DNA of 64,000 nucleotides. Origin: Camelus ferus (taxonomy: Eukaryota). A model generated the notes under the pieces. That model searched no databases. It was not told the origin of the DNA and saw nothing but the letters and a program-made list of their open reading frames with translations. Positions 12,880 through 25,801 of the stretch are shown here, piece by piece. A program made the position numbers and the translations under genes. Location: contig NC_045696.1 of the NCBI RefSeq assembly GCF_009834535.1, positions 112,966,001 to 113,030,000 on the forward strand, written 5' to 3'. How positions within the stretch are numbered: position 1 is the first letter of the stretch; the number at the start of each line of letters is the position of its first letter.

Positions 12880-13460
12880 GGAAACATTATAAATGGTCGC
12901 ACTTTACAATTTCTTTCATTTATTTATTTCTAAATGGAATAAATTGTGATTCAGTATTGTGGCTTGCTTTTTTCCATAAATTGTGTTTTTACTTAAAGAA
13001 ATAAAATATTAATTTGAATAATATCAACTTTGTAGTTATTCATATTTGTCAAAATGTATTTTTAACAATTTTTTGCTTACTTGGAAAAGATCTCACTTCT
13101 TACTGCATGATGGTTACAAATGCATAAAGTAGCACTGTTGCCCTCAAGACTAATGAGAACATTACAAATCTTGAGGTCCATGCCAAATAGAACATTTTGT
13201 TTTTAGAACATTAGCTGTAGAAAGCCACATACTAATGTAGTGGTTTTCCTTTGTGATTTATCATAGATGTTAAGTATGTTCTTTCAATTAAAAAGTACAG
13301 TTCATTGTGTTAAGTCATTCTTCTCTCTATAGCATTTTGGGCAAATTTCACATATACACTTTTCAAATTAGTAAGAAAAATAAATGTTTCAACATGCACC
13401 AATGCACTGATACAAATCCACACCGTCAAATCTGTGCTGTGCCCATCTGTAAGTGCCTGA
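12880..13460 (-). mobile_element. Possible ancient hAT transposase remnant
   Basis: Minus strand 13120-13041 reads, with frameshifts, VT...RSF(S)K..KIVKNTF*..M, like the hAT dimerisation motif PVT..S.ERSFSKLK.IKN.LRSTM. Confidence 0.45.
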
Positions 13461-15299
13461 GGCTTAAACCCTTCCCTGTTCCTCCAGTCCCACAGTCAGT
13501 TATACATAGTGTGCGTGGTCTGCAGAAGAGCAGTCTTTGGTTCCATGAAAACAGAGTTTGTTTGTTTGTTTATTTGTTTGTTTTAATGAGGTATTAAAGA
13601 CAGAATCCTTGCTGGAAGTATTGTGTATTTGAATTACTGTATCTTTTTCTTTTCCACATAAGAAATCTGAATCATAACAGTAGCCATTAATTCTACAAAT
13701 TCTAGTAGATCTAGCACCAAGCCTGGAAGTCAGATCGTTTTGTGCCGGCTGAAGTAGGCTTTGGTGGCTGATGTGTTTGAGCTTGGCAGTAGAATGTTGT
13801 GATAGATTAATAATGCCTGCTGTGGAATAACAAGTAGGAGTGATGGCCTGAATGCCATGTGTTTTCTTATCCTGTGTCCATACCTAAGGAAGATTAAATC
13901 CTCAAGACATTGTCCCGTTATGTTGCCTTTGGCTTCAGTTCTGTGCTTTTAAAGGGATGCTGTACTTGTTCTGAAGACCCTTTCGTTTTCTATTCGATAG
14001 TAAATCAGAAAAATCATTTGTGAGTAAGGAGACTATGTAAGAGTGTTTCCAGATTGGCACGTTCAGTGTGGTATCACACAAAACAAAGCACACAGGGAAC
14101 TTTGTCTCTTTGGTTTTCCGAGTCCTGAGACTCAGATGTATAAATACGTAATTAATAGTACTTTAAAAATCGAACCGTCAAAACAAGTGAAGCTCTTTCA
14201 AGAACATGCTAGGTTCTCAAAATAAAATTGAAGATGATATTCCCTATTATGTTTTAAAATGGTAGAATTGTACTGATTTGTGTAATTTATCATTTGGACT
14301 CCGTGGTGTATTTATTTCTCAGTTACAATACTCAGCCTCTCAGGAAGCTTTGGCCAGCCCCTTGACATGGAGAACAGGAAGGAAGTTGATTGTATATAAG
14401 AAGATAAGGCAGATGGGAGATCACAGCCAAGCTTCTGCTGGGTCTGCCAAGCTAGGAAGATAGCAAATTTGGCACAGAAGGCGCAGCAGTGCAAAACTGA
14501 AGTTGGAAGATCAACAGAGCCTGTGTTTCTTATTTCATCAAGTGAAGCTGAGTCGTCCTCAGTCAGTTTGATCGGGCTCCCCTGAAATCTGCCTGTGGGA
14601 AGACCTGAGTAGTGTTTCCTTCCAATATTACTCAACTGTCTACCCAATCTGGAAGTTCCTAATTGCTTACATTACATTAAGTGACTATAAGGTCCTCAAG
14701 AATTAAGGAGGTGGAGAAAGAAATCTTCTGTATAGTTGATTTTGGCATTCTTCCCGCAGAGAGATGAGTCACTTGCTTTGACAAGTCCAGGACTTGACTT
14801 TTTGAAGCCTGCCAGAGAGAGCGGGAGGAGACGAGTGTTGGCTCCATGTTCTAGCCCCCTGCACAGCTGTCTTCCCTTTGTAGGGGCTGGTAGCCTTCAG
14901 GATGAGATGAACAGTGGCCAGATGGGTCTTCATACCTTAGAGGATTCTTGTCGAAGGGAGCCAAGTGCTAAATCCCCGTGGATGTTTTAGGACGTTACCT
15001 TTCTAGCAGCTGTGATATGTGCTGTTTGGATCATCAGTAATGGAACTGAGTATTCTCTGGTGTCAGCAGTGGCTTAAGATGGTCTCAGAAATCATCTAAA
15101 CATTTTCTTTAATTATCCTGCCTATACAGCCATAGTGGCATTAATATGACAGAGCAGGTAAGGCATGAGCCTGGACAGATCTGCATATAAATACGGGCAT
15201 CTCCACTGGACCAGCTGATATGATGTTAGTTTCAATTTCCAATTCTGTAAAAATATTTATTTAAAAAAAAAAAAAAGCCTGCCATGGAGGACTATAGGG

Positions 15300-16390
15300 A
15301 AGAGTAGGAATACCAGGAAAAGACGTTATTAGCGTAAAGTTCAAAGAAAACTGGTGTAAGCAGAGTGATGAATTTAATGTGAAAGTTTTGGGGTAGACCT
15401 GCTTCCAAGACACTTTGTCCCGGTTGGGGGAAAAGGAAGAGTAGGAAAAAGGTAAATTTAAGAAGAATATCCGAAGCTTCTCTGCTCAGAAGGAATTTTT
15501 TTTAAACCTTTACAATTCATGGTTTTAGAGCAAAGCTAGTCTCATGGTTTCCTTTGGACAAGGTAAAGATACGCAGGCTGCTAATAGTTAGGAAATTTCA
15601 CGAGTTGAGCAGCCATATACATGGGGTGTTTTCATGGATTAAGATCAGGCTGGAGGAGGAGGACCTGCCAAGGACCTCTGGCCTTCTGCCCCAGCTCTGT
15701 GTGGATGTTGTGGGTGACACCATGGAGACACGAATGACATGCTTATCAAATGTTCAGAGGTCACAGAGCTGGCGGGCAGAGCCAACATGCCCAACAGCAG
15801 AGTGTGGATTTAGAGAGGCCTTGAGGGGCTGGAGCAGCGGGCCCAAATCAAGCTGGCCTGAAGGAAGATTTAAAACCACAACACGGCACTAGATACATGT
15901 TGGAGGCCCGGATTCTAGGAGACCATTAATCATCGATTTAGCATGATCTGATAAGCAATGCAGTACCTCAGCCTCTACTGGGGCCATGAATTCCAGGACA
16001 GCCATGGTACTCAAATTTGAGCTGCAGCATAATCACCTGGAGAGCTTGTTAAAATACGGGTTCCTGGGCCCCATCCCTAGAGTTTCTGATTTAGTTAGTC
16101 TAGATTGAAGCTGGAAACTATGTCTTGACCAAGATCCCAGGAGATGCAGAGAAACTGCTGCATTAGAAGAATAACCTTGCTCAAATCTAGGAAGGTTTCG
16201 GTAATTTTCTGAAGTACAGAAGTGATTTGGGGTCCCACGCTTTCAGTTAGGTCAAAAGCCCAAAGGATGGAAAGAATTCTGGGAACCATTCTGGTAATAT
16301 TAAGGGCCATTGAGGGAAAAAAGAGCTTATGGAGAAGAGAAAAAACTTCAGGGATGGAGTAGCTGCCTTCCAACTCTTGAGAGATTAACA
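15300..16390 (+). mobile_element. L3/CR1 LINE fossil (RT region), interrupted by MER5
   Basis: From 15736 translates DMLIKCSEVTELAGRANMPNSRVWI*RGLEGLEQRAQ, matching the CR1 motif MLIKFADDTKLGG.AN...DR..IQ.DLDRLE.WA. Confidence 0.7.
16003..16160. mobile_element. MER5A hAT element
   Basis: aatcacctggagagcttgttaaaatac.g.ttcctgggccccatccctagagtttctgatt. Confidence 0.85.
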
Positions 16391-16440
16391 TGTTAACATT
16401 AACAATTAACACTGAAGAGTCTTGATTGAGAATGTATCCT

Positions 16441-16857
16441 TGGAACCAGAAAAACCTGGATTTGATTCATAATTCTGCTATCCTTTTATACATCTAACAA
16501 ATACTTCTGTGGTGCTAAGTACCAGGATTTACACATATTAACTTGTTTAATCCTCATAACAAAAAAATCTTATACAATAGGTTCAGAGAGGTTGAGCAAC
16601 TTTCCTAAGGTCACATAGCTAGTAAACGTTTGAACTAGGATTCTGACCCAGGGCAGTCCTGTGGAGTCCATGCTCATAAATGCTGCATGACATTGCCTCT
16701 CTGTTTATTGGCTGAGTCCCTAGTAACAAAGGCAACTTCTTTGAGACTCAGTTCCCTCATCTTTGAAATAGACACAATCCTTGTCTCATAGGGTTGTTTT
16801 GAAGAGTCAAAGGAGATAGTATTTGTAGTGCATCTAGCTTGTGCCTGGTGTGTAGAT
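16441..16857. mobile_element. Plus-strand MIR with an antisense MIR (~16490-16700) nested inside
   Basis: Antisense core ggttcagagaggttgagcaactttcctaaggtcacatagctagtaa; sense core ctcagttccctcatctttgaaat. Confidence 0.75.
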
Positions 16858-17719
16858 TTCTGTGAGAATCAAAACTAGGAGCAGTGGATAAAGTTAATGT
16901 GAGTCACACTGACTCAAGAGTCTTAAAACCTACCTGTCAGTTATGGGGTCCAGGAATGGTGCCAGGGCATCAGCTTGGGAATGTTTCTTAGGGCCCAAAT
17001 GGCCCTTTATAGGAACAGTCACAGCACCCACATCTTGAGGGAGAGGATGGACTGATACTCTGACTTTAAAATTCAATGACTGTGTAAACATTGACTTCAT
17101 TCATTTGAAGTCTTCATCAGATTGTTTGGTTATTTCCCTTTGCTCACTGGAAGATTTCTGCAGATTCTGAAAGATTCTTCAGAAGCACAGATAAGGCAGT
17201 TATACAAGTTAGTTACCCAGCCTGTTCCCTATTTGTTACTCATACCTCAGTCTTTACCAGCACAGACACCTGTTCATAGTTTGTTGCTCTTCAACACTTT
17301 CCTCTAAAAAAGTTAACAAAATGTATTCTTATATCCAGTAGCTTTTTCTTGCCTGGTTTCCTTATACCTCTCTTTTCCTAAGTAACAATACAGTTTGATT
17401 TTTGCACGTCTCTGAAACTTTCATATTTGAAAGCAACACTGATTATATTCAGAGCTATTTCATGGTGCTCCTAAGAAGTAGGTTGAATGCTTTCCCTGGT
17501 ATACATATATAAATATGGTAAGGAATACCAGACAGCTGAGGTGAAAAGCTTATCTGGGGTGCCCTGTTTTGTTGGGGAGTTGCAATTAGGGGTAGGACTC
17601 ATGTTGATGCCAAAGGCCTGTGACAGTCGAGTTGACTTGAAGTGTTTCCCCAAGTCCTGTGTGACTCCTCCATGTGTAAACATCTCCTTTAACTGGGGTG
17701 CCTCTGGAATTACTTAATA

Positions 17720-17955
17720 GCTCATCAATCTACTGAGCTTATTATATGCTAGTAATTGTGCCAAGAGCCCATACATCCACAGTGGAGAAAGCTGGTTCTG
17801 AAGGAGCACAGACGTCTAACTAGGCAATTACAGAAGCTGGATTCTATGAGATGGTTCAGTCTGGGTGTCTACTGGGGAGATCACGGAGAACTTCCCAGAG
17901 GAGGTGCTGCTTGACCTGTTTTGAAGAATTAGTAGAAGTCAGACTGGCAAAGTCA
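17720..17955 (-). mobile_element. L2 fragment
   Basis: tactgagcttattatatgctag...; cttcccagaggaggtg..gcttgacctgttttgaagaat. Confidence 0.6.
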
Positions 17956-18199
17956 TGGGTGTCTGTGTGTGTGTGAATCAGGTAAATGTGTACATTCCAG
18001 ACACATGACTCCCAGACCTCCTGCCACACTGGGTTTCCAGAACCCTAGCACCCAGACCTTCATTCTGTAAGTAGTAGTTTGAAAAGAGTCTTTTTTTTTT
18101 TTTTTCTGGGAAATCTGAGCAGCTCAAGAAGATCTAAAGATATTTAATCAGGGGCACCCTGAATTATGCCCAACCATATCAATCTTTAAAGTAAAAGAT

Positions 18200-19810
18200 A
18201 AAGTTGAGAAAATCTCTTGGAAAGGAGAAGAAAAAGATGGTGATTGTAAATAGAAAAAGAAAAAACCCAGGATAATGAAAGGAGCAGTTTAGTCATTCCG
18301 ACATCTTAACAAGAGAGATATCGGGAAGAGAAGACAGGAAAAATGAACAGAAGGAACCCACTAACAAACTAAGTCAGAAGGGTGCGCAAGGACACAGAGA
18401 CAGATGAACGGACTCTCATCCGCATGCCTGAAACTGAAATGTTGCATTGACACTGTCATGTTCTCATGAACGAGGAGGTAAAACCTTCTTTTCCAAAAAT
18501 AAATGAAAGAGCGTAGAAGACTTATCTACACGGAAGAGGCGTCGGGAGAGGAGTTTTTCATAACCAATCTTATAAAACTATTTGATACTTAAAACTATGT
18601 GTAAGTATAAATTTGACAAAAATAAAAACCAAAAGACATTTTTCATATTAGTGAAAGAACAGACTAGACATAGATGAGGGAAAAAATGACTGAATTTGAA
18701 GACAGCACTGATGTGGTCACTCATCATACAGCGAGGACATGGAAGTTCAGATTAAAGAAAAACTCGTAAGTCCTGGACAGAACAAATAAAAACAAATCCA
18801 CACTGAGACCCATTCTGATGAGAATGCAGCCAATCAGATGTAAAAGGAGTTGGGATAACCACTTGCAAAGTAATCACCATCAAGCAGCCAGCCGAGTTCC
18901 CCTCAGCTACAGTAGATGCTAGATGCCAGCAGAATGTGATTTCCAAAATGCTAAGCGAAATCGTCAACCCCAAATTCTGTACTGGCTAAGGGAGACCTCA
19001 AAACTGAGGGTAAATTAAAGACCTAATCAGATAAATAAGACTGGGCTGAATAACCTTGCTGAAAGAACTATTAAAAGATATACTTGAATGAGAAGAGAAT
19101 TGAACCAAGAAAAACTGTAGGCTGCAGGGGAAAATGGTGAGCAAAGAAACTGGCAAACATAGCGGGAACTCTAGATAAGCACTGTTGGTAAAACAACAAC
19201 AACAACAGTAATAGTTAACACTTTGTGATGAGTGTTTGTAAAAAATAATATCGACGTTAACCACTGCACTGTAATAGCAGAGGGTGAGGGGGAAGTGAAA
19301 TAATAGTCTTCCACAGTCTTTGTGTTAGTCTAGAGAAGCATAGGGGTAATGGTTTTCTTTAAATTTTCGTAGGTATGTAAATCTGGGGATGACTTCCGTA
19401 GAAGCAGAATAACTTCCAAAGTTATTGGAACTTAACTTTGTGGAGGGAGGGGAATAAAAGAAAATTTCAATCAATCAATTCAGTAGATAGCAGGGAGAGA
19501 AGGGAAGAAAAACCGAGGGAGAAGTGTGGCCAATAGAAAAGAACGATAACAAAAACTTAAGGCAATTGAAATAGATTCAGATATATACTTAACCACAATA
19601 AAGGTAAATGAACTGAACTCTCCAGTTTGAAGACAAAGATTGCCAGATTGCATCAAAATATGAGCTTCAGCTCTAGACCCTTTGCAAACATCATACCTAA
19701 AACACAGTGGCTTAGAAAACTGGAGTGTGATGGGATGGAAATAGATACATCAGGTAAACATGAATTAAAGCTGAAGTAACAAGATTATTAGCTAGATTAA
19801 AATATTAAGC
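18200..19810 (+). mobile_element. Old L1M (L1ME-like) ORF1/ORF2-start remnant
   Basis: A-rich; from 19592 translates TTIKVNELNSPV*RQRLPDCIK, matching the L1 endonuclease N-terminus ITLNVNGLNSPIKRQRL.DWIK. Confidence 0.75.
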
Positions 19811-21639
19811 TGAGGGTTAAGAAATGACTGTGTCATCACCATTGATCATTTGGTCCGGAGTTTAATGACCTAGATTTAGCTGTGCATTTATGTCAAGAGG
19901 CACCATATTTACCAAGCTAATGCAAACCCATTTCTTGAGGTAATAGTTGGCAGTGCTTGCTGAGTCTGTCTAATTCTTGGGAAGTAGTTTGCCCACAACA
20001 AGACTCTAGGCCCAAATCAAGTATATTCCTGAAGCAATTTCTAATCAGTGAAAATTGTCCAAGCAGCATCGTTTATTTTCCAACTCGCTTCATGTAGCAG
20101 GCACATAATTACCTGTGCCTTTTAAAAGATTCTATCAGCAGAGTCTTTAAAGATTATTATCAAATTTTAAAATGAGACGGTGTGAAGAGAGAGCCGTTTC
20201 CCACCTCCCTCAAACACGTTTTCTACTAACAAGGTTATGCAGAAATCTTAATCCGTTTAACATTCTGTTAAGGTTTCAGATACTTCTTCCTGCCCTCTTA
20301 ACCGGCCCTTGCTACAGAAACAGCGCCATGTTCTCACTAATGAGGCCAAAACAATCTCTTTGTCAATAGCTGGGCCCCAATAGATAATGTGGTTGGGCCC
20401 CTGCTCTGGCCAGGAGAGCTAGCAGCCAGGTTGTGTAATTCTACAGTCCTACAGCCGTGAGGGGAGGGAGGTTACACAGCGTGGGCGGGAAATTGTTCCT
20501 GCTCATGCATAGACCAGATGGGCTTTGGGTACCAGCTCCACTCAGCTGGGTGCCTTGCCCAGAAGGGGGTGGGGCTGGTAGCCTGAGAAACTGGGTATTT
20601 TTCCCAGGCTTCTGGGTCACCGCTGCCGCCTTTCAATGCCCTTTCAAAAGCACCTCGAGGAAACTGCTCATTGGCAGCTGAAGAGCCCACTAGTTCCAGG
20701 GGAAGAATCTGGGCAGGAGGAGAGAAGAGCTTTCTCCCCTCTCTATTTTGCAGGGCTCGTGGAAAGTGGGAGGTAGTGCGTTTGTTTTAGACACGAGGCC
20801 AAAGGTAGCTGTTTAAAATGTGTCTGGTTCTGTTTGGATTTTGAGGCTTCAAGTAATCTGATTTCCTTGCTGCTTGTTACTGTAAAACAATTTTAATCAC
20901 AGAGATATTTCCCTGACATTTAATAGTCTGGACCAGGGTGTGATCTTAGTGATGCCTTGCTGCCAAGATGCCACCAGTGATAGTTCTGTTTATTTCAAGG
21001 GACTTCACATCTGAGACGTTTCTTAAGAAAACCATCTCCTTCTCATAACAAGAGTCTGTTCTGTTTGACTTGAGTCATTTATTCTAGGACTGTGGCTATC
21101 AATTGTGTGATTTTTTTTTTTTTGGACAGATTTGTTTAGGTCAAATAAAATGTTAACCCATTTTAAAGGTACAGTATGTACCAAATTGTTCAGTTTGTTT
21201 GCAAGCCCATATTTCTGCTGAGCCCCTTACCTGTTTCAAATAATTTTTCCCTTTATCTTTCTTAATTATCAAAGGAATAACATCCTTATTATTTAAAAAG
21301 TCAGCAGTACAGGAAAGGTTGAAAATGAGAGGACCCCATCCCAGTGTCCCTCTGTGACACCACTTAGCATTTGGGGGCTAGCCTGAAAAACAAAAAAATT
21401 CTTCTGCAACATGTGGCCACGCATCCAGAATTTTAGGATGTCAGGCTGGAAAGAGACATTTATTCAAACTCTCAATTTCAAGGAGCCGTATTTGGCTCCA
21501 AAATGGGGAGGTAATTTGTCTGAGGTCATCATTTTCATATGCCTGTGTGACTAGACTAGAACCCAAGTCCGTGGCATCTAGGACCCTTTCCGGGATATCA
21601 CACTGCTGACAAGTTTTTAATTTTTACCTATTTAGTTGT

Positions 21640-21960
21640 AATACCTTTTGTTATTATTCTGATCACAAAAGTAATGAACACTCTTTGTAAAGATTCACTA
21701 TCATCTCACCACCCACCACTGAATGTTGGTGTATTTTCTTCCAGGCATTTTTCTGTGCCATCTTTGTACAAAAATGGGATCAGGCTTCACATAATTTTGT
21801 GCATGGCCTATTTTGCTTAATGTATAATGAACATTATTCCATGTCGTTGAACAGTGTTCCTTAAAATTATTGTTAATAGTTGCCTGGCAAACTGTGCTAT
21901 AGATGTACTTAGCAGCTAAGAAGTCCCGTTCATGGCCATTTGAGAAGGTACCAGTTCTTT
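21640..21960 (-). mobile_element. Old L1ME 3' fragment
   Basis: ttttcttccaggcatttttctgtgc...aaaaatgggatca...ttttgcttaatgtataatgaacatt.ttccatgtc. Confidence 0.6.
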
Positions 21961-22354
21961 AGCACAAATATGTTGTCTTCAGTGTAGCTGAATATAAATC
22001 CTGGCTTATTTCACATGATGTCTGGAAACCCCTGAACATGGAAATCATAGTTATCCTATAATTTAGGAAATTTTTGGAAGGCTGGTGGATTGTTAAAACT
22101 CAGAGTTATTTCATGTCACTGGATTAGGTCTCCTAGAGTTAAAGTGAATAAAGTCAGATCACTTTAGAGAAAAAAATCTACTTAGCTATGACTTGGTCAA
22201 AGATGATTTAATTGTTGTTAATTAGCCACGTCTCTGTTTTATTAGCCAACTGCAAGAGGCATTAGAGTAATTTGCCTTATTACTTGGTAGATAAAGCCTC
22301 TGCCTTCAGAGTGTATTTTATAATGTTAATAAAACAAATAATAGTCATAGTAAT

Positions 22355-22575
22355 TATAGTAACAGCTACTACTTCTTGAGAGTATGCAGTGTGGTAACTA
22401 CGTGCTAAGCTCTTTACAGACATTACACTCAGTTTTCACAAAGGCCCAGTGAGGTAGGCACTAATTTTAGCCCCACTTTATAGAGAAAGGAGCTGTGGCT
22501 CAGAGAGGCTAAGTAACTTGCCTGGGGTGGCACAGCGAGTGACTGACAGAATGCAGACTTGAACCCATTCACTTT
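22355..22575 (-). mobile_element. MIR SINE
   Basis: gtgaggtaggcacta..ttagccccactttatagag..gg.gctgtggctcagagaggctaagtaacttgcct. Confidence 0.88.
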
Positions 22576-23569
22576 GGAGTAAGGAGAGTTTGCCTTACTC
22601 CAAAATCCAAGATTGGGGTCGACTTCTTCAAAGCGATTCTGACACTTTTTTTTTTCTTTTTACTGATTTAAATTCCTTTATTAGCAGTGGTTCTTAGCCT
22701 TTTGGGGACTGTAGAACCATTTGAGAATCTGTACTGTTGCCTAGGAAATGGTCTATTTGAAAAGATAATTTAAAGTCAAATTTCAGGACATACAGTCTCT
22801 AGCCTGAAGACCCCTACAGTCGAGTCTTTACAATTTTTCAATCTTCTGGAATCTTTTGCTGAAATACAAATAGCCCTGTAAGAGGACACGTGAAGTGCTT
22901 TATCAACTAAAATCACAGCATTTTGCTGAGGTAGACTATGTAAATGGAAACAAAGACCTGTTCCTCATTTTTTTCTGGAAGCTGTCCGTGCTGGTGGGAC
23001 CCCTGAGTGTTTCAGAACTGACACTGAGTCATTACTAAGGGATAATTCCTGCGAGGTTACTGCACAGCCACGTAATTGACTCTCAAGATGGCCAACAATT
23101 ACTTAGTGAAACGTGAAGTAAAGCCTTCATGTTCTCCCTGCTTAGATTAGGGTAGGTTACAGGAACAAAAACCAATTATTTCAATACTAGTTTGTACATG
23201 TTAAGAAGATAAAAAGGAATGTGGTACAAAAAAATCACAAATATTATAAAACCAACCCAGTGGTTTGAAAATCGTCTGTGCCACTATGTCCGTCGTTAAC
23301 GCATGTAAGTGGGAGTGAACTGATTTTCAGTGCAATTTATCTGATCATCTCTAACTCTATGATGCCCCTGATGGTGTTTGCTTCATAATTTAAAGCAGAG
23401 GATTGGTTTTCTTACTGTGATATAACACAAGAAAAGAAATGGTAACTTCTGCTAAATTTTAAATAGGTAAATCAGATGCATAAGCCTCTTGCTTTAGCTT
23501 TTCTGTTTTGCTGTAAAAATGACAGAGTGCACTACCCAATACATTCAAAATGCCATTAAGAAAACGTGC

Positions 23570-23657
23570 AATATACATGACTGGACATTGCACTGTGCAC
23601 CAGAAACAGACACACTGTAACTGACTATGCTTCAATAAAAAAACAAATTAAAAAAAA
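23570..23657 (+). mobile_element. Severely 5'-truncated young L1 3' end
   Basis: ctgtgcaccagaaa..gacacactgtaactgactatgcttcaataaaa plus poly(A); TSD aagaaaacgtgc (23558-69) / aagaaaatatgc (23658-69). Confidence 0.85.
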
Positions 23658-24311
23658 AAGAAAATATGCTAAATAAAATCTCCTTAAAATACATAGAATA
23701 ATATTATTTGTAGGGGAAGTGGGAGCAAAGCCGTGGGGACAGCGGGTGAAACGTGAGTTACTCTCTGATGTACACGGTTTGCAGTGATTGCTTAGAATTG
23801 AATGGCTAAAATTTAACTTCTTCTGCTCTATGGACTGAAATGTATTTTGAAAGTAAAAGGTGATACTGAGACTCCCAGAACACAAATAAATACATTCTCA
23901 ATTAATATTTACATGATAAGTACTGACATAAACTAAGTGCATTAATTCCTGTCTTTTTAGAATATGTATAATAGGTAACATTTTGAGGATTAGAGGCCGT
24001 CCTGCCTGGGCATCTGAGGGTCTGCTGGAACATCGTCTTTCTTGCTATTACTGTTGGTTTGGAGTTTGGTCTTTCTTCTTGAACAGTATGAGTCTAATTC
24101 TGCTGGCGCTTAAATCCTTCCTCAAGAGGAAGTTGGGTGTTCACAGAGGACCATGCATCCTTTCAGGCCACCGATATGACATTTACTGTGCTATGAGGGA
24201 GGGGATGCTTGACTCGGTCAATTTTACCATGTGTCAAAGGCTTGGTGGAGGAAACTGAAAGTACTAGCTGAATTATTAGCAGCCAGAGCATGCACTAGTA
24301 TCCTACAGAAC

Positions 24312-24470
24312 CTCACTCTTCAGATGTGAGCCCTGGGTCAGACACAGGCCAGGCCCTGGGAGCTTGTTAGAAACACAGTGTCTCAGGCCCCAGCCAAGAC
24401 CTGCTGGACCAGAATCTGCATTTGACAAGATGCCCTGGGGGTCGGTGAACATCCGCCAAGCTCTGCCGTA
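24312..24470. mobile_element. MER5A1/MER5B-like hAT element
   Basis: ctgggagcttgttagaaa..cag..tctcaggccccagccaagacctgctggaccagaatctgcattt.acaagat. Confidence 0.8.
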
Positions 24471-25801
24471 AAGCAGTAGAGCAGTGACTGAGATGCTGCC
24501 GCCATGATAACTCTGAAGTGTTCACTGCAGTTTCCAGATTTGCTCAGCTTTTCTCAAAAAGGCGGTGTCCCCAGCGGGAAACCAGACCTGCCAGCTTAGA
24601 GAAGCGTTAAGACCAGAAAGGTCCTTCTGCTGAGACTTCTTTCCCTCCCTCCCTCCCTCCTTCTCCGTCAAAGAGTATGTAGTCCAGTAAAGCCTAACAA
24701 ATCACAGTCAGATGAGATCTGACAATTACTGACACCAAAAGACCCCGAACCCCACAATTTTCATTAGTTTCATCGTCTGTCTCCCAAAACTATTTCTAGA
24801 GTGACAAACAAATTGGAAATTATGTGGAGTCACAAAATTCACCACCTTTGCCCCTTTACCTTCTACCTCAAATGGATGCTAACTAATGGCTGAAGGGATT
24901 AAAAAGTCCGAAAGAGAATTGTTAAGAAGCCTGGGTGGTATACACACTGGTTACTGAACGAGAGGAAGACAGTTCAACACGTTTATCACTATCATGTACG
25001 AAAGTCTATTTCATAGTCCCACAAAGAGGAGAGGAACCTGGGTTTTTTGAAGACAGTTTCCTTCCAGTGACAACCAAAACAGATTGAAAGAACACATTCC
25101 TATGAGCTTCAAAAACACTTTTAACTTATTTTTAAATGATTTGTGCTGAGAATCTAAAAGGACTGTATGCTTGCTTTCTTACTGGCTTAGGTGAGAAGGT
25201 AACGGTTTGCAGAGAAATTCAGTGAAGCGGCTGATAAAGTGCTTTAAAAAAATAGATTTCAGAGGGTAGAGTAATAACTGTGATGTCAAAACAGTATCCT
25301 CTCATTGTCCAGTCCACTGAAACCAGCACTGGGCCCAGCACAGCCGTTTCCCTCATCAGCCAGACGAAATGGAGTAGTAAAAATCACTCTTGGAGTTCAT
25401 TGACTCTCAGAACACAGTTCTCTTCTCCTCCTGTTAATAAAATACCTCCTTGGAAGGAAGCCAGAATTTTCTTAGGCAGTTTAGACTTTCTGAAATAGAG
25501 GAGAATTAGAAAGGGGAGGTAGCGAAGGAATATAGAAGTAAAAAATTAACTTTGAGGGTCAAAATTCTTATCTAAACAGATTGACTGGTTTGATTATTTT
25601 TCAAGTATTATGTTCATACCAGTGTTTAAATTGAATCACAAGTAATGATTTACCTGAAGTTATGCTGTGTCGTCAACTCTCAGCCACACTGAGAAACAAA
25701 ATCACCTCAGAATTCACGTTTCTCACGGACAGAAGGACACATGATATAAACTAAAGCCCCCAGTTGAGTGAGATCTTTCAGGGTCTCAAAAGCAAGGGTT
25801 T

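Noticed and set aside
20368..20405. gggcccc...ttgggccc hairpin as a possible pre-miRNA
   Set aside because: Stem is too short and I recognise no mature miRNA
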